A program made the translations under genes and the position numbers. A DNA stretch of 64,000 nucleotides from the human T2T-CHM13v2.0 reference genome, Homo sapiens, in the NCBI RefSeq assembly GCF_009914755.1, contig NC_060929.1. One strand, 5' to 3'. Below the pieces are notes generated by a model, which had not been told where the DNA came from, ran no database searches, and worked only from the letters and a program-made list of their open reading frames with translations. Positions 12,606-24,897 of the stretch are shown here, one piece after another. Position 1 is the stretch's first letter. Every line of letters begins with the position of its first letter.

Positions 12606-13288
12606 ATGGATCAGCAAGCTACAATTTGTGGGTTAAACATAGCCAAAAGTCCAATTCCAGCCAAGAGGCCTCTTTTGACCAGAGTCTTGGTTTTAATCTG
12701 TGTCCCCACCAAATCTCATGTTGGGTTGTAGAACTCAATGCTGGAGGTAGGGCCTGGTGGGAGGTGACTGGATCACTGGGCCGGATTTCTCATGAACGGT
12801 TTAGCACTATCCCCTTGCTGTTGTTCCCCTGATAGTGTGTTAGTTCTTGTGAGAGCTGGTCGTTTAAAAGCCTGCAGCACCTCCCCATCTGTCTTCCTCC
12901 TGCTCCAGTCCTGTGAAGTGTCTGCTCGGCTTCCCCTTCCCCTTCAGCCATGTTTATACGTTTCCTGAGGCCTCTCCCGACGTCAAGCAAAGGCCAACTT
13001 CACACTTCCTGTCTAGCCTGTGGAAACGTGAGCCAAACCTCTTTTCTTTATTTATAAATTATCCAGTGTCAGGTATTTCTTTATAGTCATGTGAGAACAG
13101 ACTAAAGCATCTTGTTTTTATAAATTAGGTTTTAGGATAACAATCACATCCATTCTTTTTGTAATGTCTATGGCTGCTTTCATGCTACAATGACAGAATG
13201 GAGGACTTGTCACACGGACCAAGTGGCCTGCAAAACATAAAACATTTACCATATGACCTTTAACAGAAAAAGTTTTCTGATTCCTGTA
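12606..13288 (+). mobile_element. MER58A-like hAT-Charlie element split by an MSTA LTR
   Basis: 'ggatcagcaagctaca' left end; right part 'gtctatggctgctttcatgctacaatgacaga...tggcctgcaaaacataaaacatttacc...acagaaaagtttt'. Confidence 0.75.
12687..13109 (+). mobile_element. MSTA-like solo LTR (ERVL-MaLR)
   Basis: 'tgtgtccccaccaaatctcatgttg...tcaggtatttctttatagtcatgtgagaacagactaaagca'. Confidence 0.9.
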
Positions 13289-15581
13289 TTAAAAGGAAAT
13301 TTTCTGGCAAAATAGTTTCTGATGTCTGTAAATAGGTTACAGGTATTTGTTGATGGTAAGAAAAGCTTGATGTAGATGCCCACTTAGCTTACACTTTCAT
13401 AATAATAAGAAAGGACCTCTCTATTGCAACTTAGAAACCAATGTTAAAGAACTCCCATTTGATAGTGTAACCCATCCTCAAACTGAGTTAAGCAAATAAA
13501 ACATTGCCACATGGGTATTGTTATTATATATTTAGAAGTAAATAAAATATTGCCAAATGGGGAATGTATATTGTATATTTTCTAAAGGCTTGACCATTGC
13601 AAACAGCTCCTTTACCTTATTTTTGCATTATGGACAATGCGATTGTTTAACTCACCATAAACATTTTAGTACATTACTGTTTCTTTCTACGCTTTTTAGA
13701 AACTAGATTCAGCTATATAACTTTTCAGTCACTGATGTGCACACTTATTTAGCAAAATCAATTGTCCTTTCTGTCGTGAATGAAAAGCGATATTCCGTTT
13801 AGGATATCACAAAGTAGGATTCCTGATGAAATGTCTTAAATATAAGGCCACTACTGAGGTAAGCCCTTGTACATTTGTGCTGGGGTTAGACCAATATCTT
13901 TTTCATTCGTGGTCATTAATTTTTATACTAAGGATTAAAGCTAATTTTTCTCTTTATATCTATAATGAAACATCTATATATGAAAGGCAGAATTTAGTTT
14001 TCCCATTATAGGGATAAAATACTTTTTGCTCATTGACTTTATGTTCAGTGTTGTAGTTGAAATATTAGAAATTTTCTTGAATTTTCTAATTCGCTTTAAA
14101 ATATAAATGGAACCTTTTTAAAAATTTTCATTTATATGCTACTTAAAGTCTTCTTGAATATTCCTGTGGAATTTCATTTGAGGAATTGCTAATTAAACCC
14201 AATGGTTTCTCTAACCATCCATAACACTGAAGCTGGAATGTGTAAGTGACTTCACTTCTCTTTGTAAGACTCCTCTTTTTTTCTTGAACTGCTTCTACTA
14301 GTTACATGATATTTGTAAAAATGGTACCTAAAATAATAATTCTGTTTTATTGTAAATATTTCTGGGAGTTTCCAAAACAATTGAGCTTGCACTTATTAGG
14401 TTGTAGAAAGGAAACTGAGAATAGAAAATTCAGGATTACTTTTTTTACATCAAAATCTGGCTAGTTAAGATTACACAGGCATTTAATGACATCTCTTTTT
14501 TCCAGGTTAGTGCATATTTAAATAGGATTACAAGGACTGTCAATGTATTTGAACTGCATAACTAGTGCAATGTATGTGACCTCCAAACTTATTCAGCTAA
14601 TTTAATGAAATGGGCAAAATTCATACTACTCAACTAATTAGACATTGAGCACATATTAGTCAGCTTTTTCTGAATCAGCTTGTTTCTTGTTATTATTCAA
14701 GTTAAGTTACAAATGTAAACTTAATATCTATTTTATGTGTTACTGGTTGTATGTGTAAGAATAGCCACATCTTCTAAGTAGAAAAATTTGACTCAAAATT
14801 AAATCACAGGAGATTCTATCTCAGCCTCTTTTAATAAAAGGCCTTCAGGTATACATGTAAATCTAACTTTTAAATAACGCTTTTTGGAATTTATAATTTT
14901 ATTTTAGTTTTAAATTATTGCTTTGGTTTAGCTCTGGGATTTTTCTTCCTTAGAGGCATATTAATGAAAAGTTGTTATTTCTCAGAAAGTAAAAAATAAA
15001 TATAATATTTGCATACAAATGAGAAAATATGAAGTCAACAAGTTTAATAGAAACAATAGTTTTAAATTACATTAGGGCATCTTTATATACAGAACCTTCT
15101 AGAGAAGAGGCAAGAATTAATCATTGTTTAAAGGTATACAAGATTATTCAAATAATTTAACAGTAGAAAGTAGTTTTTATTATAATAATTATTTTTTTCA
15201 TGACTTCAAAATATTCCTTTCAATTACTTCTTAGAGCTAATGTCAATGTATTTTTATCAACACTTAAAAAAAATTCCAACAATGTGGACTTTCTAATCTT
15301 ATTTTATGACCACCTCTTTTTTTTTTTTCATTATGATTAACATTGCGTTTTACAAACTGCTTAAAGTGGAGGTTACCAGACTTGATTTTTTCCTTCTTCC
15401 TGAATTGCATCACCTTTCCCTGTTGCAAACCTTGGAACATGGAAATCACATGGAACATTAGAAAACATTCAAAACTGGAGAGAGGGAGAAATGAATTTGT
15501 GCCAATGCAAAAACACAATAAACTTTATTTTTCCATGGATGCATCAATTTGGTAAACACACATATCGTGATGATGGGGTAG

Positions 15582-15647
15582 TGTATTAATCAGGGTTCTC
15601 AAGATATATATATATATGTATATTCTATTAGTTTTGTCCCTCTAGAG

Positions 15648-15694
<47 letters not shown>

Positions 15695-16178
15695 GAACTT
15701 TATATATATATATAAGTACTCTCATATATATATGAACTCTCTCATATATATATGTATATATATACGTAGGAGTTTTTTATTAACTTACATTTTCACAAGA
15801 TTCCACAAATAGGCTGTCTACGAGCTTGAGGAGCAAAGAGAGTCCGAGTCTCAAAACTGAAGAACTTTGATTCCAATGATCAAGCGTGGGAGGCATCCAG
15901 TACCAGAGTCCAATGATCGAGGGCAGGAGGCATCCAGTACTGGAGAAATATGTAGGCTGGGAGGACAGGCCAGTTTCTCCTTTTCATGTTTTTCTGTCTG
16001 CTTTATATTCGCTGGCAGCTGATTCAATTGTGCCCAGCAGATTAAGGGTGCATCTGCCTTTCCCAGCCCATTGACTTAAATGTTTATCTCTTTAGGTAAC
16101 ACTCTCACAGACACACCTGGGATCAATACTTTGTATTATATAATCCAATCAAGTTGATTCTTAGTATTAACTATCACA
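15582..16178 (-). mobile_element. MLT2A (HERV-L) solo LTR
   Basis: tgtatt...atcaca termini, perfect 5-bp TSD ggtag (15577-15581, 16179-16183), internal (AT)n. Confidence 0.92.
15651..15692. repeat. Pure (AT)21 microsatellite inside MLT2A
   Basis: Directly visible. Confidence 0.95.
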
Positions 16179-16600
16179 GGTAGTTAATTTTATATGTCAA
16201 CATAGCAGGCCTATGATTCCCAGTTGTTTGGTCAAATGCTAATCTAGATGCTGCTGTGAGGTATTTCGCAGATGTGATTAATATTTGTAACAAATTAACC
16301 ATAAAGAAAAGAGATTATTCTCCATAAGGCAGGTGGGCCTCATCTGATCACTTGAAGGTCTTAGGAGCAGAAACTGAATTTTCCCAGGGACCAAGGAATT
16401 CTGCCTTAAAAAGGTAACATAGAAATCTTGCCTGAGTTTGCAGCCTGCCAGGCTGCCCCATGATTTTGGATTCAAGACTGTGACTTCAACTCTTGTCAGT
16501 GTTTCCAGCTGCCTGGTCGGACCTACAGATTTCACACTTGCCAGACTCCACGATCCCTTGAGCCAACTCCTTAAAATCTCTCTCTCTCCCTTTCATACAC
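16179..16600 (+). mobile_element. MLT2C/MLT2D-like LTR; MLT2A inserted near its 5' tip
   Basis: 'gttaattttatatgtcaac...cccagttgtttggtcaaatgctaatctagatgctgctgtgagg...gagccaactccttaaaatctctctc'. Confidence 0.8.
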
Positions 16601-16920
16601 AAATATCCCAACTCCTTTTCCCAACTTTGTTTGTCCAACCAATTCCCAATGAAAGGGTTTATATGTAATATTGTTAAGTACAATCAAAGTTTTTTTGGGC
16701 ATATTTGCAAGCTAGAGTTAGGAAAATAATTAAGAAAGATGTTGGATAAGTGATGGAAAATAGGTCATACTCACGGATAATTAAGGAGAAATACCAGAGA
16801 GGATAATAAAAATTTGACATTAAAAGTTTTAAATATCTTAAAATGAAAGTCTCTGATGAATATTGGCAATAGTCTTAGTCGGTGTTCTAAAATTATGGTC
16901 CAGTGACAGGTAAGTAGAGC

Positions 16921-17200
16921 TTTCTGGGGGAAATCCAAGATTAGGGCTTGGGTAGAGTTGGCACGTGGTGAAGAACTACTTCTTGGTTTAGATGTAACGT
17001 TTTCTCATCCTGTCCTCACATGGCAGAGGGGATAAAAGGTGTCTCTGGGGGCTCTTTTATAAGGGCACTTATCTCATTCATGAGAGGTCCACCCTCAGGA
17101 CCTAATGACCTCCCAAAGTCCCAAACTCCTAATACCATCACACTGAGTATTAGGTTTCAGCATATCAATTTTGGGGAACATAAACATGTTGTCTCTAGCA
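16921..17200 (-). mobile_element. MLT1A-like MaLR LTR (partial)
   Basis: 'tcctcacatggcagagg...tcttttataagggcact...ctcctaataccatcaca'. Confidence 0.85.
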
Positions 17201-18011
17201 CCCATATAATTAAAAGCTCTTAGAGGTTCTCAATAATGCTTTAAAGAGATCCTGCAACAAATTCTTTGGAGAGCACAAGTGTAGTGCAATTTTCTAATTA
17301 ATGTATAAAACTTAATTATAGTGCAGCCTTTGAGTGTGTATATTTACTAGGAGAGAATTACTAATACATAGGTGATACTATTTAATTTGGAGAACAGCTT
17401 TCATTAGATGTATGTTTTTATATTCGGTATAAATCTTCCACCCTGTGAGATTACCAAATTGTCCTATGTTTGTCTATTGAACCCCAAATAAAGGATCTGA
17501 TTATTTGTTTGCCTTAGAAATTTTCATCTATATAATGGTTACTTTTATGTAACATTATCTTTTCTTAGGGAAGCTAAACATTTTTTCTTCAGCTCTTACT
17601 TAAATGTTGGTCAATCTATTTGGATTAAAGAAATTGACAGAGTTGAAACTATTATAGTTATTTGAAACTGTTCAGATTATGGTGGTGGTATCAGGTCTGC
17701 TGAATTTTATTAGTCCTATACAAAATTATACTCTTATTATTCTCTTACATGGTACCACAGCTTTTAGTAACTCCCAGATTTATACACAGCTTATAGAAAA
17801 ATTAGAGAATTCAAAGCAATTAGTCAAGGGAGTGTAAATAATACAGAAGAGAGAATAAATGTAAAACTGGGTGTTTTGGAATTGAAAAAAAAATTGTTTT
17901 AAATTTTTAATAAAGGTTTTTAAGAGATAATCCAGCATTTAATATTAAATCCAGCAGGCAATTGCAAAAATTTAAACGTGTACACAAAAAGAAAATATAA
18001 CAAGCTGCACA

Positions 18012-18216
<205 letters not shown>

Positions 18217-18294
18217 TGACACCAAATCATACCACCAGATTAATTTGAAGTAAATTCTGTATATTATATATATATATATATTTTACAATTTCTC

Positions 18295-21200
18295 TTACAA
18301 TATTTATATTGCGATTTAACTTACCCTAAAAATTGCCTGTTCAAATTGTACAATTGAGGGATTTTTATTTTATTCAAAAAGGTTGTGCAATCATCGCTGT
18401 TACCTAATTCCGCCATATTTTTATCACCCCCCCCCCCCAAATAAATGCCATACTCATTACGGCAAATGCTATGCCTATCTACTTTCTTTCTCTATAAATT
18501 ACCCAATCTCGGCATTTAATATAACTAGTATCATTTCTGAGTCTGGTTTCTTTTAGCGCAGTGCTTTTATGCTTTATCTATATTTTTGTATTTATGAATA
18601 TTTCATTATTTTACGGTCAAATCATATTTCATTGTGTAGAGGTACCCCATTTTGTTTAGTCAGTTCATCAGTTGATGGACATCTGTGTTTTGACAGCGTT
18701 TTGGCTATTATAACAAGTGCTGCTATGGAATGCAGGTACAATTTTTTGAATAGACTTATGTTTTCAATTATCTGAAATGTGTACCGAGGGTTGCATTCCT
18801 GGGTCATAGAGTAACTCTAACTTTCTAATGAACTTTCCAGAATGTCTGAAGCACTTTAAATTTCCATCATCAATGAATAAGCGCTCCAATTTATTCACAT
18901 CTTTGCTAATACATTTCATTTCTCATGTTTTTAATTAGAGCCACGCTGTTGGGTGGGACGTGGTGAATGATTGTAGTTCTGATTGGCACGTTGTACATCT
19001 TCTTTAGACAAATGTGTACTCAAATCATTTTAATTGGGTTAATGTCTTTAGAATTCAGTATATATTCTGGCTATTACTCTCTTATCAGATATATAATTCG
19101 CAATATTTTGTCCCATTTGTGGTCTCTCTTTTCTTTTTCGTGATGGTATAATTAAACTGTTTTTAATTTTAATTAAGTACAATTTGTTTATTAATTTTTC
19201 TTTTGCTACTAGTATTTTTTGCTGTCATGTTAAAGAAGTACTTATTTTATGTAATATCACAAATATGTACTCCTCTGTTTTCTTCTGGAGGTTTATCATT
19301 TAACCTCTCACATTTTGATGTTTGATTCATTTTGAGATTTTTTTGTGAATATGCATAGTGTGAAGAAGGGGTGTAATGATTCTTTTGTATGTGGATATTC
19401 AGTTTTACTAGCACTATTTGTAGAAATCATTTATTTCCCCATCAAATAGTCTTAGAAACCTTCTTAATATATGAATTAGTCATAAATGTATAGGTTTATT
19501 TATGGATTCCCAACTCTATTCCATTTGATCTATATGACTTTCATATGCTTATAACACACTGCTTGTATTACTATATGACTTTCCTACACTTTATGCCATA
19601 ACGTTTTTATTACTATAGCTTCATAGTAAATTTGATAGTAAGGAAAAGTGAATTATCCAACTCTAAATTTTAATTATGACTGTTTCAACTTTTCTGGATT
19701 CTTTAAATTTCCATGTGAGTTTTAGGATCAGTTTATAAATATCTTTAAAAAGCCACTAGAATATTGATAGAGATTGCACTGAGTTTGTAGATCATTAGCA
19801 GAAATATTAGTTATCCAAAGACATGAGATGTCTTTTCATTAATATCTTTAAATAATGTTTTTTAAAATTCAGGGTACAAGTCTGACTCTCTTTTGTTAAA
19901 CTTATTCCTAAATATTTGTCATTTTGCTATTGTAAATGAAATTATTTTATCATTTTCAGTTTTGGATGTTCAGTCTTAGTGTGCAGACATACAATTGATT
20001 TTATATATTGACTTGTACCCTGCAAACTTGCTGAAGTTGTTTATTAGCTTTAATAGGTGTTTTGGATTCCTTGGGATTTTTCTACACATAAGGTCATGTC
20101 ATGTGAAAAGAGAGAGAGTTTTCATTCTTTCTAATCTGAATGCATTTTACTTTACTTTATTGTCAAATTGTCCTAGATAGCACCAAATGTACAATGGTGA
20201 ATAAAAGTGGTGAGAGTGAATATCTGCATCTTGTTTCAGTTATTAATGAGAAAACATTCAGTCTTTTACCTATTAACATTAACCCATTTATGCCTGAGGT
20301 GGCAAATTTTGTATTTTTGCAATCAGAACTTGATGATCACCTTGAGCAATAGGATATAAATAACTCCTACATGCTTAGCATTCCAATAATGGAACACTAG
20401 GCATAAATAGGGAAAGCAATATATTAGTAGAGAGCTTTTTATAACTGTCCTTTATTTGTTTGCAGGAAATTTCTTCTATTTGTTGAGTTTTTTTATCATG
20501 AAAATGCATTATATTTTGTCAAATAAAATTTTCTGTATTTATTAAAATAATAATGCCCTTTGTTCTAACAATATGGTATATTACATTGAATGTCATATTC
20601 TGAGTCAACTTTATATTCCTCATATCTGAGAATTTCATGGACCTGGTGTATAAATCTTTTAATGTACTGTTGGATTTATTTTACTAATATTTCTCTGAGG
20701 ATATTTTGTATCTTCATAACAGATATTGACTTTCTTTTTTTTGAGATATTTTTGTCTGGCTTTAATGTCAGAGTAATAGAAGCCTCATAGAATAAGCTTA
20801 GAAGTATTCTCTACTATTCTGTTTTTGGAAGAGTTTCTTAAGAATTGATGTTAAATATTCATGGTGTATAATCTTTTCAGTAAGCTGTTGGATATGTATT
20901 TTTTGAGGATATTTGCATATATATTCATAGAGTGCATAAGATCTGTTGTTTTCCTTTCTTGTGAAGTCTTTGGCTTTTGGTGATAAGATAGTCCTAGCCA
21001 TGTAGAATAAGTTTGGAAGGGATCACTCCTCTTCTATTTTTTTGGAAGATTTTGAAAAAGATAATTGTGTATTTTCCTTTAAATATTTTATAGAATTCCC
21101 CAGTGTAGCCATCTGGTCCTGGGCTTTTCTTTGTTAGGAAGTGTTTGATTATTGACTCAGTCTTTTCACTTTCACAGAAGTACGTTTTGATTGTTTAAAT

Positions 21201-21535
21201 TTTTTGAGTGATATGTGTGTTTCTAGGAATTTGACTATTTCACCTATTTCATCTAATTTGTTTGGTATGCCATTGTGCATAGTATCTTTTAATAATTTTT
21301 ATTTCTGTAAGTTCTGTCATATCGTCTCCACGTTAAATCCCATGTTAGTAATTTGAATCTTTCTGCTTTTTTTCTTAGCCAACTGAACTAAATATTTTTC
21401 AGTTTTATTCATCTTAAAAAATTTTTGTTGAAGTTTAAAATTACTTTTCTATTCTCTATTTAGTTGATCTCTGATTTAACGTTTAGTATTTTCCTTCTTC
21501 TTCTACCTTGAGTTTAGTTTGTTCCTCTTCCTTCT
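18295..21535 (-). mobile_element. Old L1MB-type element (3'UTR and ORF2), decayed
   Basis: Continuous reversed L1 ORF2 motifs, e.g. ccctgcaaacttgctgaa and ccatctggtcctgggcttttctttgttagg. Confidence 0.8.
20283..20411 (-). mobile_element. MER85 piggyBac MITE
   Basis: ttaa then cccatttatgcct ... aggcataaatagg terminal inverted repeats; internal palindrome ttccaataatggaa. Confidence 0.9.
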
Positions 21536-22066
21536 CTGCATCATTGCCAACATTTGGTATTATCATTATATTATTATTATTATTATATTAATTTTCATCA
21601 TTCTGTTAGGCAAAGTGAGATATGTTATTGTGGTTAAAATTCATATATCCTGTATCATTCATGATGTTGAACATATTTTATATGTTTATTTGCCATATGA
21701 ATGTACTTTTCAGTGAAATGTCTGTTTGTGTCTTTTGCCCATTTACTTATTGTACTGTTTGTTCAATTACTGTTGAGTTTTGATAATTTTAAAAAAAATA
21801 TTTTCTAAATGCAAGTCTTTTGCTGAATGTATTGCCTACAAGTATTTTCTCAAAATCTGTGGCTTTTCTGTTCATCATTTCAACTTTTAGCACAGTAATA
21901 GTTTTTAATTTTAATGAAGTCCAATTTGTCATTATTTCCCCTTTATATTGTTCTTTCAGTGTGAAATCTAAGAAGTATAAGTTATCTTCTATCTCACGCC
22001 AGTGCCTCCAGAAGTTTTATAGTTCTATATTTAACTGCATTATGCTTGCATTTTGAGTTCATTTTT

Positions 22067-24156
22067 TAAATTCTACTTTAAGTTCCGAGAAACATATGCA
22101 GAACGTACAGGTTTGTTACATAGGTATACACGTGCCATGGTGGTTTGCTGCATCCATCAACCTGTCATCTACATTAGGTATTTTTCCTAATGCTATCCCT
22201 CCCCTAGCCCCCAACCACCCAACAAGACCTGGTATGTGATGTTCCCCTCCCTGTGTCCATGTGTTCTCATTGTTCAACTTCCATTTATGAGTGATAACAT
22301 GCATTGTTTGGTTTTCTGTTCCTGTGTAAGTTTGCTGAGAATTATGGTTTCCAGCTCCATCCATGTCCCTGCAAAGGAATGAACCCATTCTTTTTTATGG
22401 CTACATAGTATTCCACGGTGTATATGTGCCACATTTTCTTTATCCAGTCTATCATTGATGGGCATTTGTGTGGGTTCCAAGTCTTTGTTATTGTGAATAG
22501 TGCTGCAATGAACATATGTGTGCATCTGTCTTTATAGTAGAATGATTTATAATCCTTTGGGTATATATCCAGTAATGGGATTGTGGGTCAAATGGTTTTC
22601 CTGCTTCTAGATCCTTGAGGAATCACTACCCAGACTTCCACCATGGTTGAACTAATTTATACTCCCATCAACAGTGTAAAAGCATTTCTGTTTCTCCAAA
22701 TCCTCTCCAGCATCTGTTGTTTCCTGACTTTTTAATGATCGCCATTCTAACTGGTGTGAGATGGTATCTCATTGTGGTTTTGATTTGCATTTCTCTAATG
22801 ACCAGTGATGATGAGCTTTTTCTCATGTTTGTTGGCCACATAAATGCCTTCTTTTGAGAAGTGTCTGTTCATATCCTTTGCCCACTTTTTGATGGGGTTG
22901 TTTTTTTCTTGTAAATTTGGTTTAAGTTCCTTGTAGATTCTGGATATTAGCTCTTTGTCAGATGGATAGATTGCAAAAAATTTCTCCCATTCTGTAGGTT
23001 GCCTGTTCACTCTGATGATCATTTCTTTTGCTGTACAGAAGCTCTTCAGTTTATTTAGATCCCATTTGTCAATTTTGGCTTCTGTTGCCATTGTTTTTGG
23101 TGTTTTAGTCATGAAGTCTTTGACTATGCCTATGTCCTCAATGGTATTGCCTAGGTTTTCTTCTAGGGTTTTTATGGTTTTAGGTCTTACTTTTAAGTCT
23201 TTACTCCATCTTGAGTTAATTTTTGTATAAGCTGTAAGGAAGGGGTCCAGTTTCAGTTTTGGTTAGCCAGTTTTCCCACACAATTTATTAAATAGAGAGT
23301 CCTTTCCCCATTGCTTGTTTTTGTCAGGTTTGTCAAAGATCAAATGGTTGTAGATGTGTGGCATTATTTCTGAGGTCTCTGTCCTGTTCCATTGGTCTAT
23401 ATATCTGTTTTGGTACCAGCACCATGCTATTTTAGTTACTGTAGCCTTTTAGTATAGTTTGAATTCAGGTAGCGTGATGCCTCCGGCTTTGTTCTTTTTG
23501 CTTAGGATTGTCTTGGCTATACGGGCTCTTTTTTGGTTCCATATGAAATTTAAAGTATTTTTCTCTAATTCTGTGAAGAAAGTCCATGGTAGCTTGATGG
23601 GGATAGCATTGAATCTACAAATTACTTTGCGCAGTATGGCCATTTTCACAATATTGATTCTTCCTGTCCATGAGTATGGAATTTCCATTTGTTTGTGTCC
23701 TCTCTTATTTCCTTGAGCAGTGGTTTGCAGTTCTCCTTGAAGAGGCCTTCACATCCCTTGTAAGTTGTGTTCCTAGATACTTTATTCTCTTTGTAGCAAT
23801 TGTGAATGGGAGTTCACTCATGATTTGGCGCTCTGGTTTTCTGTTATTGGTGTATGGGAATGCCTGTGATTTTTGCACATTGATTTTGGATCCTAAGACT
23901 TTGCTGAAGTTGCTTGTCAGCTTAAGGAGATTTGGGGCTGAGTTTATGGGGTTTTCTAAATATACAATCATGTCATCTGCAAACAGAGACAATTTGACTT
24001 CCTCTCTTCCTAATCGAAAACGCTTTATTTCTTTCTCTTGTGTAATTGCCCTGGCCAGAACTTTCAATACTATGTTGAATAGGAGTAGTGAGAGAGGACA
24101 TCCTTTTCTTGTGCTGGTTTTCAAAGGGAATGATTCCAGCTTTTGCCCATTCAGTA
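22067..24156 (-). mobile_element. 5'-truncated L1PA (PA8/PA10-like), ~2.1 kb
   Basis: ORF2 peptide remnants ([28 protein letters not shown]); TSD tgagttcattttt (22054-22066) / tgagttaattttt (24157-24169). Confidence 0.95.
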
Positions 24157-24575
24157 TGAGTTAATTTTTATATAGGTTGTCTGCCTTTAGATTCTGTTTT
24201 TTTGGTTTTTTTTTTTCTTTTTCTTTTTTCGCTTGTGGGTGTCTCACTGCTTTGGGCAAATTTGTTGAAAAGCCATCATCCTCGATTGAATTGCTTTTGC
24301 ACCTTTGTTAAAAACACTGTTTGACATAGTGCAAAACTATTTCTGGCATTTTTATTTTGTGCTATTGATTTAGGTGTCTATCCCTTTTTCACTACTATAT
24401 TCTTTTATTTACTAGAGTTGGTCTTAATATCGGGTAGAGTGATCCCTCCCACTTTTTTTCTGACTTTCAATGTCATTAAAATTATACCGATCTAGACCTT
24501 CTTATATAAAATTTCGAATAAACTTGTTCATAAGAAAGAAACATTGCTTGAATTTTGATAAGAATTTTATTTATT

Positions 24576-24897
<322 letters not shown>

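Noticed and set aside
10976-13109. Two MSTA pieces as paired LTRs of one provirus
   Set aside because: No MST internal sequence between them, and the full LTR sits inside a MER58A as a solo insert.
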